A stretch of DNA of 64,000 nucleotides from Macrostomum lignano. Lineage: Eukaryota. Position 1 is the first letter of the stretch. Each line of letters starts with the position of its first letter. The stretch covers positions 372,001-436,000 of the forward strand of contig NIVC01000031.1 in the NCBI GenBank assembly GCA_002269645.1. Reading direction: 5' to 3'. A program made the translations under genes and the position numbers. Below the pieces are notes generated by a model that was given only the letters and a program-made list of their open reading frames with translations, had not been told where the DNA came from and searched no databases. Below, piece by piece: positions 35,214 to 48,090 of the stretch.

Positions 35214-36338
35214 CTGCAAGGAATTGAGAATAAGGAAATGGGATAATCATATTGTCACTTTAGGAGTCTTAGTGAACCAAAATATGGTATTTTTTCTCTT
35301 GATTCTTGATTTTCGTATCATTGTAGTCCAGATAGTTCCCGTATTTATCTTTAAAAAATTGGATATCCTTTGGAAATTCCATTGCAAAGAAGTGATATCA
35401 CTATAATGGTTCCTCGATCTTTCGACCAGCCATTGTTACGGTCAAAATTTCAATATTCATAGTTTGGTCATGCAGTAGGAAATCCCAAGTCTATTCCCCC
35501 ATTGTTTTTCGTGTTGAGTACACTGTGTTCTGCCCCTATAGCTTGCATTAGCTCGTCAACTACGTCAACTGTGTTCAACTGGCTATTATTAATTTTTCTT
35601 AGAAATTTTCAGTTTCAAAATGACAATCGAAATTCGGGGCTTAAACCATTTCTTAGTAAAAACTATGATTGATAGTATTTATAACTAGACACTGAACAAT
35701 AGCACATGACAATGGTACGGTTGCTATGGTTGAAGGCAATCGCACGTAGCGGACTCAGAGTTGTGAGTTGTTACGCAGTGTCTGACGATGTTGCACTGTA
35801 TGGGTATATTGAATACATCAATCGTAAACTGTAATAGCTAGTTCTGATCTATATATTGACCTTGAAGTGTCAATGCTTAAAGTGTCAAAGGAAGTTTTGT
35901 CAGTCTTAAATTAAAGTCTAAATGTAATTTAAACTTGTTGACTAAAGTATAGCGCAGATATTGTAAACAGCTAGATATTCTTCAAATAGCTACAACTGGC
36001 ATCTGTACATGTTTAGGTGCCCTAAGCTGCAGCAATGTTTTAGCAATGATAGCAACATCAATATTCAGCTTATAAATCTGTAAGTACGTACAATGATAGT
36101 CCTGCCAGATCTACGTAAATAGCTTCATGAATCTCTGCTTGTACACTAACTTTAGATGCTTGCAGCTATACTTTTGTAGATAACATTTCCGGTTTAAACA
36201 TTGCATATTTATCGCGCAAATTCGTGTATATAGCTGTGATCTAAAATTGTAAATAGCTATAGCAAAAGCTAAATTATTATAGCCAAGTTTTGCTACGTTT
36301 AAGCTAGCCTGTTACAGTCAGCGAAAAGTAAAAAAAAT

Positions 36339-38929
36339 ATGGTTACAATAAGCTTTCATCAGGTAGCTATTGTTACGCTATCCTCTGCCATTGTCTGCGG
36401 CCTCATTAGCCTGTTCACGGCTGACTTCTTTATCAAGTTTGATGTTGTCGGATACAATTTCATTAAACACAAAATTGGATATTGCAACGCAACTCCGATG
36501 GGTCTTTTCGATTCGAGTGCTACAGGTAAGTGAGTTTTGAGAAATTATATGTATTGAGCAGTTTGAAATGAACTCATTTAGGGGTTCAGTATAATATCCT
36601 ACTGCTGGACACACTGAGTCAGTGCATTAATAATTAAGCTTATATTATAATGACATTTGAATTTCAGCAATTAAAGTACTTCTTATCGGCGGCTTAAGCT
36701 GTGCGGGCTGCTGCCTTCTACTCGAGTTCATCTCCGTGACTGTGCACTCGGCTAGAGAAAATGCCAGCCTGAAAGCTCTGTGCATGATTGTCTGCTTTGC
36801 TGGCAGTGAGTGCATTGAATTACCTACTGAAATACATGTACGAGAATACCTTATAGACATGGAAGGCTAATTATATTGGGGGCGGAAGGCTAATTATCTT
36901 GGGGGGGGGGCGGAAGGCTAATTATCTTGGGGGGGGCGGAAGGCTAATTATCTTGGGGGGGGGGCGGAAGGCAAATTATCTTGGGGGGGGCGGAAGGCTA
37001 ATTATCTTGGGGGGGGGGCGGAAGGCAAATTATCTTGGGGGGGGCGGAAGGCTAATTATCTCTGGGGGGCGGAAGGCTAATTATCTTGGGGGGGGCGGAA
37101 GGCAAATTATCTTGGGGGGGGGGCGGAAGGCAAATTATCTTGGGGGTGGCGCAAGGCTAATTATCTTGGGGGGGGGCGGAAGGCTAATTATCTTGGGGAG
37201 TGGCGGAAGGCTAATTATCTTGGGAGGGCGGAAGGCTAATTATCTTGGGGGGTGGCGAAAGGCTAATTATCTTGGGGGGGGCGGAAGGCTAATTATCTTG
37301 GGGGGGGGGGCGGAAGGCTAATTATCTTGGGGGGGGCGGAAGGCTAATTATCTCTGGGGGGCGGAAGGCTAATTATCTTGGGGGGGGCGGAAGGCAAATT
37401 ATCTTGGGGGTGGCGCAAGGCTAATTATCTTGGGGGGGCGGAAGGCTAATTATCTTGGGGGGGGGCCAAAGGCTAATTATCTTGGGGGGGGGGCGGAAGG
37501 CTAATTATCTTGGGGGGCGAAAGGCTAATTATCTTGGGGGGGGCGGAAGGCTAATTATCTTGGGGGGGCCAAAGGCTAATTATCTTGGGGGGGGGGCGGA
37601 AGGCTAATTATCTTGGGGGGGGCAAAGGCTAATTATCTTGGGGGTGGCGCAAGGCTAATTATCTTGGAGGGGGCGGAAGGCTAATTATCTTGGGGGGGCG
37701 GAAGGCTAATTATCTTGGGGGGCCAAAGGCTAATTTTCTTGGGGGGGCCAAAGGCTAATTATCTTGGGAGGGCCAAAGGCTAATTATCTTGGGGGTGGCG
37801 CAAGGCTAATTATCTTGGAGGGGGCGGAAGGCTAATTATCTTGGGGGGGGGGCGAAAGGCTAATTATCTTGGGGGGTGGCGGAAGGCAAATTATCTTGGG
37901 GGTGGCGCAAGGCTAATTATCTTGGGGGGCGAAAGGCTAATTATCTTGGGGGGGCCAAAGGCTAATTATCTTGGGGGGCCAAAGGCTAATTATCTTGGGG
38001 GTGGCGCAAGGCTAATTATCTTGGAGGGGGCGGAAGGCTAATTATCTTGGGGGGGGGCGAAAGGCTAATTATCTTGGGGGTGGCGGAAGGCAAATTATCT
38101 TGGGGGGGCGCAAGGCTAATTATCTTGGGGGGCGAAAGGCTAATTATCTTGGGGGGGGGGCGGAAGGCTAATTATCTTGGGGGGGGGGCGGAAGGCTAAT
38201 TAGTTTTATCTTGGGGGTGGAAGGCTAATTATCATGGGGGGGGGCGGAAGGCTAATTAATTTTATCTTGGGGGTGGAAGGCTAATTATCATGGGGGGGCG
38301 GAAGGCTAATTAATTTTATCTTGGGGGTGGAAGGCTAATTATCATGGGGGGGGGGGCGGAAGGCTAATTAATTTTATCTTGGGGGTGGAAGGCTAATTAT
38401 CATGGGGAGGGAAGGCTACTAATTATCTTGAGGGCGGAAGGCTAATTATCATGGGGGGAAGGCTACTAATTATCTTGAGGGCGGAAGGCTAATTATCATG
38501 GGGGGGAAGGCTACTAATTATCTTGAGGGCGGAAGGCTAATTGTCTTCACGAATCCAGAAGCTGAATATTAGTCGTCATAATTTGGCAGAGTCTTAATAT
38601 TTTTTCTCACTATAGAATGCTTTTGAAGACAACTGTATTGATAGGATCGGGAACAAACGCTCTCATTAAACATTTGAATACAGCTGTGAATAAATTTCAA
38701 TACACGCAACTTATATTCAGATTATCTAACTGAATTCATATAGTAGACTTGTAGTGTCTGTACTTTAACTTCAGGCGTGACACTGGTGACTGCGCTGGCT
38801 CTAGCGAAGCCTTCATCTGTGAGACCCGACGGAGTTGCCCGCGGCTACAGTTTTCTAATGGCGGCGGTTAGCTGCGTGTTTACCATTGAATCGCTGGTGT
38901 TCTACGTTATTCAATGGCGCTGCCAGTAG
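36339..38929 (+). CDS. Four-transmembrane claudin/PMP22/EMP-like protein, 159 aa; exons 36339-36525, 36668-36805, 38775-38929
   Basis: Three GT-AG exons join in phase 1/1 into a 480-nt CDS; four hydrophobic segments and a GYSF motif before TM4. Confidence 0.75.
36862..38545. repeat. G-rich ~24-27-bp minisatellite (gggggggcggaaggctaattatctt) filling intron 2 of the 4-TM gene
   Basis: Direct; variable G-run lengths. Confidence 0.97.
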
Positions 38930-39452
38930 CAGCAGTAGTATGATGCGAACATTTTGCTGCTAGTTTTTTGATTTAGCGAATTTAATTAATTACAATTAAA
39001 CAACACAAACAATAAATTAAATTACAATATATCGCTATATTCAAGTTTCAACACTGTGGGTCAAAGCCAGAGTGTATCAACTTTAAAATGATGCTGAGTG
39101 TATTATTAACACCAAATTGTTTTTCAAAAAGTTCTCAACTTTAAAAAAGCATGACTTCATACAGAAGAAGAAATTAACAAAAATATATGATATTCTTGTG
39201 TTTGTTTGTTTGAAACAGATTCACAAAATATTATTAGTTCTCTCTCATATCTGAATAAAATAAATGAAACATTCTTTTTGATTTCATTAGTACAAACACT
39301 GTGAATGCATAATTATTCTTTAAGCTGGATTTGTTTAAATCGTTTTTAAATAACCGTTATGGACGATACAAAAGATGAATTATAATCAGTTTCGCAAGCA
39401 GAATACGACTGGACAGTCAGTCAGTCTGGTAGCCACAAAGTATTTAAATATT

Positions 39453-42400
39453 TTAATAGCCAAGAGCCGTCAGTTCCTCGCCAATTCGCGTCAGATATGT
39501 CGGGTCAGGATAGCCATGCCTGCGGAAAATATCGAATTCAGGGTGTCAAAATTAAAATAAAAAACTAGCTGATGCTTGCAAGTAATTTAACAACCAATAT
39601 AGAAGTGTAGGGGCGCCAGCTACAGAGAGGGGCGCCAGCTACAGAGAGGGGCGCCAGCTACAGAGGGGGGCCCCAGCTACATAGAGGGGCGCCAGCTACA
39701 GAGGGGGGCGCCAGCTACAGAGAGGGGCGCCAGCTACAGAGAGGGGCGCCAGCTACAGAGAGGGGCGTCAGCTACAGAGGGGGGGGGCGCCAGCTACAGA
39801 GAGGGGCGTCAGCTACAGAGGGGGCACCAGCTACAGATGGGGCGCCAGCTACAGAGAGGGGCGCCAGCTACAGAGAGGGGCGTCAGCTACAGAGGGGGGG
39901 GGCGCCAGCTACAGATGGGGCGCCAGCTACAGAGAGGGGCGCCAGCTACAGAGGGGGGGGCGCCAGCTACAGAAGGGGCGCCAGCTACAGAGGGGGGGGG
40001 CGCCAGCTACAGAGGGGGGCGCCAGCTACAGAGGGGGCACCAGCTACAGATGGGGCGCCAGCTACAGAGGGGGGGGGCGCCAGCTACAGAGGGGGCACCA
40101 GCTACAGATGGGGCGCCAGCTACAGAGGGGGGGGGCGCCAGCTACAGAGGGGGCACCAGCTACAGATGGGGCGCCAGCTACAGAGGGGGACGCAAGCTAC
40201 AGAGAGGGGCGCCAGCTACAGAGGGGGCGCCAGCTACAGAGGGGGCGCGAGCTACAGAGGGGGCGCCAGCTACAGAGGGGCGCCAGCTACAGAGGGGCGC
40301 CAGCTACAGAGGGGGCGCCAGCTACAGAGGGGGCGCCAGCTACAGAGGGGGCGCCAGCTATAGAGGGGGCGCCAGCTATAGAGGGGGCACCAGCTACAGA
40401 GAGGGCGCCAGCTACAGAGGGGGCGCCAGCTACAGAGGGGGCACCAGCTACAGAGGGGGCGCCAGCTACAGATGGGGCGCCAGCTACAGAGGGGGGCGCA
40501 AGCTATAGAGGGGCGCCAGCTACAGAGAGGGCGCCAGCTACAGAGGGGGCGCCAGCTACAGAGGGGGCACCAGCTACAGAGGGGGCGCCAGCTACAGAGG
40601 GGGCGCCAGCTATAGAGGGGGCGCCAGCTATAGAGGGGGCACCAGCTACAGAGAGGGCGCCAGCTACAGAGGGGGCGCCAGCTACAGAGGGGGCACCAGC
40701 TACAGAGGGGGCGCCAGCTATAGAGGGGGCGCCAGCTACAGAGGGGGGCGCCAGCTACAGAGGGGGCGCCAGCTACAGAGGGGCGCCAGCTACAGAGGGG
40801 GCGCCAGCTACAGATGGGGCGCCAGCTACAGAGGGGGGCGCCAGCTACAGAGGGGGCGCCAGCTACAGAGGGGCGCCAGCTACAGAGGGGGCGCCAGCTA
40901 CAGAGGGGGCGCCAGCTACAGAGGGGGGGCGCCAGCTACAGAGGGGGGCGCCAGCTACAGAGGGGGCGCCAGCTACAGAGGGGGGGGGCGCCAGCTACAG
41001 AGGGGGGCGTCAGCTTACCCTTCAGGTCCTCCATCGATGCGAGTCTTGTGATGCACAGTGGCCCACGTGATAGTATTATCCATGCCAGTAGTCGCACTGG
41101 TGCCAATAGTAAACACCGCCCGACCACGAAAGGCTGCTTGAAGTCGTTCAACAATCGCCCGACCTTCTGGCGAGTCGGGAAAATAAGTGACTCGAGATAC
41201 GCCTCGATATGGCAGGCCGGGATTCGGGTGCTCGCGTCCTTGAACACCCGGACCGAAAGTGTACGTGACTACTTGAGTTGCGTATCCGGGATGACCAGGC
41301 AGACTCAAGGCCTCTTTGGTGACTGTCATGGTTCCATTGGCTGGCTGACTGCCAACTGCTGCTCTGTATCTGTGTTTAGGTCAAGTGGCGTTGTCTAATA
41401 TTCAATAAAGGAATTTAGAATATGTTTAAATCCAAATCAAATTTAAGTAGGCTAAAATACCACTAAAATGAAGCAAATTTGTACTTTTAGACTCTAGGCT
41501 GAACTGCCAAGAAATACTCTGGTAGAAAACAAACTTTACAATCGATAAATTACAAGATGAGCACCGCATCTGAAGGCTGCGTACGGCTGTTCAGGCCAAG
41601 GTCTGGGGGTCGCCACACACCCTCAATTACCCCAGCTAATGCTGGCACCCATTTTACAGCTGGGTGAACTGAAGCAATGCAGAGTTGAGTGTCTTGCTTA
41701 AGGACACAAATTTTTTTTCCGACTTGGTCGAGAATCGAACCACCGACCTTTCAGTGGTAAGTCCAACGCTCGAACCACTATGCTACAAGCCCTTTGATAC
41801 TATACTTACAGTAGGACTAGTAGAATATTACACGTCTACAATAATATAATGCACGTTTATTTGATACTCTACTGATAGTAGAAATATAGGCAAATTACGA
41901 TAATAATTCAGAATAACAGTGTATTAACAATGTAACAATCATGGTACCTGTGCATGCACAGCGGGCACAGTCCATTGCCAGGCGCAGTCGGGTCGTTCAG
42001 TTTGCGCACGCACGTGACGCACAATTGGCCACGATTGCAATGAAAAGCGGCAGCAGGTTTGGCCATAGACAGCGGCTCGCAGCACAGTTCGCAGTCTGCG
42101 CCAAATTCCTCATCATCCGCGTGTAAAGAAACCGCCGCCGCTGCTGCTGCTGTATTGTTAGGACGCGACGCGAACTCGCGACCTTCTACCAAAAGATTCC
42201 GCGACGGCGGCGGCAGCACTCTGGGCAGTTGAGCGCCAAATCTGGCCTCTAAAACTCGACCGAGAGTGGCCAGAGTCTCCAAGCCTAGATCACAGATGCA
42301 CAATCGGCGAAGGTCGCCGGTTCGATTCCTGCTGCCGGCAGAATGAAACGCTTCGGCCAGTACGTGAGCAAAATCTTCGGACCGATCTGTCCAATAGGGC

Positions 42401-45400
42401 AAACTGGCTCCGATCGGTGTCATTCCAACCACTTGAATGCCGAGTTCAGTTGAGAGCTGAGAAAGAGTGCTCAGCAGAGCATTTATAACATCTTTCATAA
42501 CTTCTTTGAACGCATTGTGATCAATAGTCTGCTCCAGTCGACTATCGTTTGGTAGCGCTAGGAACAGGATGTGACGAGCTGGCAGCTGCGAGCCCGGAGG
42601 CAAGGTCACAAGCCGAGTATCGCCGAACTTCAAGTTCTGACCTTGAAGCGCCTCCCGACACAGGCGCAGCAACTTCTGCTGACCCGACTGCGGGGTGGGG
42701 GAGCGGCACTCAACTATGTTTGAGACCCGTAGCTCCAATCTCACCCATAGATAATCGAGTGTCTATGAGACCCGTAGCTCCAATCTCACCTATAGATAAT
42801 CGAGTGTCTATGAGACCCGTAGCTCCAATCTCACCCCTAGATAATCGAGTGTCTATGAGACCCGTAGCTCCAATCTCACCCCTAGATAATCGAGTGTCTA
42901 TGAGACCCGTAGCTCCAATCTCACCTATAGATAATCGAGTGTCTATGAGACCCGTAGCTCCAATCTCACCCCTAGATAATCGAGTGTCTATGAGACCCGT
43001 AACTCCAATCTCACCTATAGATAATCGAGTGTCTATGAGACCCGTAGCTCCAATCTCACCCCTAGATAATCGAGTGTCTATGAGACCCGTAGCTCCAATC
43101 TCACCTATAGATAATCGAGTGTCTATGAGACCCGTAGCTCCAATCTCACCTATAGATAATCGAGTGTCTATGAGACCCGTAGCTCCAATCTCACCTATAG
43201 ATAATCGAGTGTCTATGAGACCCGTAGCTCCAATCTCACCTATAGATAATCGAGTGTCTATGAGACCCGTAGCTCCAATCTCACCTATAGATAATCGAGT
43301 GTCTATGAGACCCGTAGCTCCAATCTCACCCCTAGATAATCGAGTGTCTATGAGACCCGTAGCTCCAATCTCACCCCTAGATAATCGAGTGTCTATGAGA
43401 CCCGTAGCTCCAATCTCACCTATAGATAATCGAGTGTCTATGAGACCCGTAGCTCCAATCTCACCTATAGATAATCGAGTGTCTATGAGACCCATAGCTC
43501 CAATCTCACCTATAGATAATCGAGTGTCTATGAGACCCGTAACTCCAATCTCACCCATAGATAATCGAGTGTCTATGAGACCCGTAGCTCCAATCTCACC
43601 TATAGATAATCGAGTGTCTATGAGACCCGTAACTCCAATCTCACCTATAGATAATCGAGTGTCTATGAGACCCGTAGCTCCAATCTCACCTATAGATAAT
43701 CGAGTGTCTATGAGACCCGTAGCTCCAATCTCACCTATAGATAATCGAGTGTCTATGAGACCCGTAGCTCCAATCTCACCTATAGATAATCGAGTGTCTA
43801 TGAGACCCGTAGCTCCAATCTCACCTATAGATAATCGAGTGTCTATGAGACCCGTAGCTCCAATCTCACCCCTAGATAATCGAGTGTCTATGAGACCCGT
43901 AGCTCCAATCTCACCTATAGATAATCGAGTGTCTATGAGACCCGTAGCTCCAATCTCACCCCTAGATAATCGAGTGTCTGAAAGACCCACAGCTCCAATC
44001 TCACCTATAGATAATCGAGTGTCTATGAGACCCGTAACTCCAATCTCACCTATAGATAATCGAGTGTCTATGAGACCCGCAACTCCAATCTCACCCATAG
44101 ATAATCGAGTGTCTATGAGACCCGTAGCTCCAATCTCACCTATAGATAATCGAGTGTCTATGAGACCCGTAGCTCCAATCTCACCTATAGATAATCGAGT
44201 GTCTATGAGACCCGTAGCTCCAATCTCACCTATAGATAATCGAGTGTCTATGAGACCCGTAACTCCAATCTCACCCCTAGATAATCGAGTGTCTATGAGA
44301 CCCGTAGCTCCAATCTCACCCCTAGATAATCGAGTGTCTATGAGACCCGTAGCTCCAATCTCACCTATAGATAATCGAGTGTCTATGAGACCCGTAGCTC
44401 CAATCTCACCCCTAGATAATCGAGTGTCTATGAGACCCGTAACTCCAATCTCACCTATAGATAATCGAGTGTCTATGAGACCCGTAGCTCCAATCTCACC
44501 CCTAGATAATCGAGTGTCTATGAGACCCGTAGCTCCAATCTCACCTATAGATAATCGAGTGTCTATGAGACCCGTAGCTCCAATCTCACCCCTAGATAAT
44601 CGAGTGTCTATGAGACCCGTAGCTCCAATCTCACCTATAAATAATCGAGTGTCTATGAGACCCGTAGCTCCAATCTCACCTAAAGATAATCGAGTGTCTA
44701 TGAGACCCGTAGCTCCAATCTCACCTATAGATAATCGAGTGTCTATGAGACCCGTAGCTCCAATCTCACCTATAGATAATCGAGTGTCTATGAGACCCGT
44801 AGCTCCAATCTCACCTATAGATAATCGAGTGTCTATGAGACCCGTAGCTCCAATCTCACCTATAGATAATCGAGTGTCTATGAGACCCGTAGCTCCAATC
44901 TCACCTATAGATAATCGATCGTGTCTATGAGACCCGTAGCTCCAATCTCACCTATAGATAATCGAGTGTCTATGAGACCCGCAACTCCAATCTCACCCCT
45001 AGATAATCGAGTGTCTATGAGACCCGTAGCTCCAATCTCACCTATAGATAATCGAGTGTCTATGAGACCCGTAGCTCCAATCTCACCCCTAGATAATCGA
45101 GTGTCTATGAGACCCGTAGCTCCAATCTCACCTATAGATAATCGAGTGTCTATGAGACCCGTAGCTCCAATCTCACCTATAGATAATCGAGTGTCTATGA
45201 GACCCGTAGCTCCAATCTCACCCCTAGATAATCGAGTGTCTATGAGACCCGTAGCTCCAATCTCACCTATAGATAATCGAGTGTCTATGAGACCCGTAGC
45301 TCCAATCTCACCTATAGATAATCGAGTGTCTATGAGACCCGTAGCTCCAATCTCACCTATAGATAATCGAGTGTCTATGAGACCCGTAGCTCCAATCTCA

Positions 45401-48090
45401 CCCATAGATAATCGAGTGTCTATGAGACCCGTAACTCCAATCTCACCTATAGATAATCGAGTGTCTATGAGACCCGTAGCTCCAATCTCCCCTATAGATA
45501 ATAATCGAGTGTCTAAGAGACCCGTAGCTCCAATCTCACCTATAGATAATCGAGTGTCTATGAGACCCGCAACTCCAATCTCACCCATAGATAATCGAGT
45601 GTCTATGAGACCCGTAGCTCCAATCTCCCCTATAGATAATAATCGAGTGTCTAAGAGACCCGTAGCTCCAATCTCACCTATAGATAATCGAGTGTCTATG
45701 AGACCCGCAACTCCAATCTCACCCATAGATAATCGAGTGTCTATGAGACCCGCAACTCCAATCTCACCCATAGATAATCGAGTGTCTATGAGACCCGTAG
45801 CTCCAATCTCACCTATAGATAATCGAGTGTCTATGAGACCCGTAGCTCCAATCTCACCTATAGATAATCGAGTGTCTATGAGACCCGTAGCTCCAATCTC
45901 ACCCCTAGATAATCGAGTGTCTATGAGACCCGTAGCTCCAATCTCACCTATAGATAATCGAGTGTCTATGAGACCCGTAGCTCCAATCTCCCCTATAGAT
46001 AATAATCGAGTGTCTAAGAGACCCGTAGCTCCAATCTCACCTATAGATAATCGAGTGTCTAAGAGACCATTTAGAATCTCAAAGATCACAATCGTGATAT
46101 CTCTGCAATTAAAACTCAATAGTTAAGTCCTAATTAATAAAGAAATCAAGCGTTTCACCTTGGCAGCCACAACCCGGGCCAGGCCAAAGTTAAGTGACAG
46201 AGCACAGCTAGTGGTCACAATCAGCGCGTCGCACTGCAAAGTTGTGATATCGCGCGGCTCAACTCGCAGTGAGCATCGATCGTTCAATGCCAGCTCAAAA
46301 TCGTATGGGCCCAGATCGCGAAGGTACTGAGTGTCCACAGGTACAACAGCGCAAGCGCCTTCTACAGCTGGGACATCTGAAATAAGTGAAATATTTTTAT
46401 TTAGGCAACATATTCGAATTGTTTTCAATGTATGCTTTAAAAAACCACAACTAGTAGTTAGTTACCCTGAGAAACTATGTCTGGAAATAGAGGCCTTCTT
46501 GAACGACTAGTAGAGCTGATGACAGAAGAGGCTCGGCTCGCTGTGGATGTTGGCTGCTCAGAGGCCCATTTTCTTAAAGCTGACTGAGCACAGCTCAGCA
46601 CTTCTGGGTGGCAAGCATGAAGCATTGCCAACTTTGGTTCTGTTAACTGCATTTCAACTTGATATTGCTCATCTAGATCAACTTTGATTGGTGCCAGTTC
46701 TTGCTCAGTGAATTTTCTAGGCAGTTTAACCTGGCCAGATGTGGTTGGAGGCAAGTCAGGCTCCTAAAATAGAAGATAATAGAAAACACATTTTTAGACA
46801 TTAGAACAAAATAAGGATATTTAAGGTCATTTTCTTACCTCTTTTCTTTCTACTATTTTTGCTGGCACAGTATTGTTAATTAAAAATTCATCTGATCTTC
46901 TTGAAAATGTAACTAAAATGAAAAATAAGCATATAAATTGAGTCTTAAAAACATAAATTAAATAAAGCCTTATTATTTAAAATTGTTATTTTTTAAAATC
47001 AAGAGATTTATTGGACCTTATAAAATTTATATAATATTATACCAATTCTTTTGAATCAATATATTATCTATAGCTACTCTTTTATCTATAAATACCCTGT
47101 ATTAATTTGTAGCTAGCCCTTATTGTGGATTGTGTTACACATATGCGGGAAAGTATTTGGCTATCTAGTAAGTGTATGCCAGTTAATTACACCAATTGAA
47201 TGTTATAGTAAATTGTATGCCACTAAAATTGCGTAATTATAAAGCATATAACCAATGTAATAAACAATATATGCACAGCAAATAATTGCTGCAAAAAACA
47301 AAACCTATATTACTTAAAAAATGGAAAAAACTAGTAAAAAATAGTTATCTATACTATCGTTTTAGGTACTTTTTTACTAATAACTATAGAAACTTCAAGT
47401 ATATATCTTAAATAAATTAATTTATTATCATAACTTTAAAATTAACTTTATTACAGCAAAGATTGTTTTGCATAATTTAGACAATTATGACATACTTCAA
47501 TGCTTTTGTATGGTGCACCGCAAGCTTGAACATGTATAGTTAAAAGTTGTAAGCCAATGATTGTGCAAGAAGGTTGTATTTCTATTCTATAAAGTGCACA
47601 CCATACCAAGTGTGCATGAACACTATTTTCTTAGTTGTGATGCACGCCAGCTGTGCACGCCTACTTTTTGCGTGCAAGGCCAATGCACGCCCAAATTTTC
47701 GAGCGTATACCACATGATCCAGACTCTGGAGTGTGAGCTCCTATCTAGCTAGCCTACTAACTTAACTTAGCCCTTCTATTTTTTTGTAATTGTAGGTTGT
47801 AGCTAGCATCACAAGTCAGTAGTAGTACTACTTCATTGCATTCTTACTTAAAGTTTGCAAAAATGATGTCACCATAGCACTGAGGAATAGTGTTAATATT
47901 AACAGAATTACTTACCTTTGTTCTTGAAATACAATTTTGCCAATGTGTGGTCCCCATTGAAAGGCTTGACAACACACAAAAATTCTTCCGAAAAAAGATC
48001 TGAGAAGTACGAATGCACAAGTTCCCAACTGACTTCATTTGGGTTCGAGTGTCGTGAAGATTTAGGAATTGAAATAGTTAAGGTAAACAT
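39453..48090 (-). CDS. DTX3L: Deltex/DTX3L-like E3 ubiquitin ligase with an internal macrodomain (~640 aa); exons 48090-47916, 46912-46839, 46763-46466, 46376-46159, 42687-41948, 41369-41019, 39519-39453
   Basis: All six GT-AG introns are phase-consistent (1923 nt); Deltex C-terminal motifs SQPANGTM, FTIGTSATTG, VHHKTRIDGGPEGHGYPDPTYL; RING-like CELC...CVTC...CPLC; macro motifs RDITTLQCDALIV, GLARVVAAK, ILFLALP, PIGASL. Exact orthology not established. Confidence 0.85.
39608..41012. repeat. ~18-19-bp G-rich minisatellite (gggggcgccagctacaga) filling the last Deltex intron
   Basis: Direct. Confidence 0.97.
41570..41792 (-). mobile_element. tRNA-derived SINE, copy 2 (in a Deltex intron)
   Basis: Minus strand: GGGCTTGTAGCATAGTGG (A box) ... 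GGTTCGATTCTCG (B box); body matches 34272-34495. Confidence 0.85.
42717..46070. repeat. 45-bp minisatellite (gtgtctatgagacccgtagctccaatctcacctatagataatcga), ~74 copies, filling a Deltex intron
   Basis: Direct; the 15-aa period in the ORF track equals 45 nt. Confidence 0.98.

Noticed and set aside
34440-41792. tRNA genes at the SINE heads
   Set aside because: A/B boxes are present but there is no complete cloverleaf, and both continue into a shared SINE body
42549-46126. Long ORFs of 793, 462, 404 and 401 aa on both strands (RPVAPISPIDN / GLIDTRLSIGEIGA repeats)
   Set aside because: They arise from a 45-bp (3n) stop-free unit lying wholly inside a phase-consistent Deltex intron
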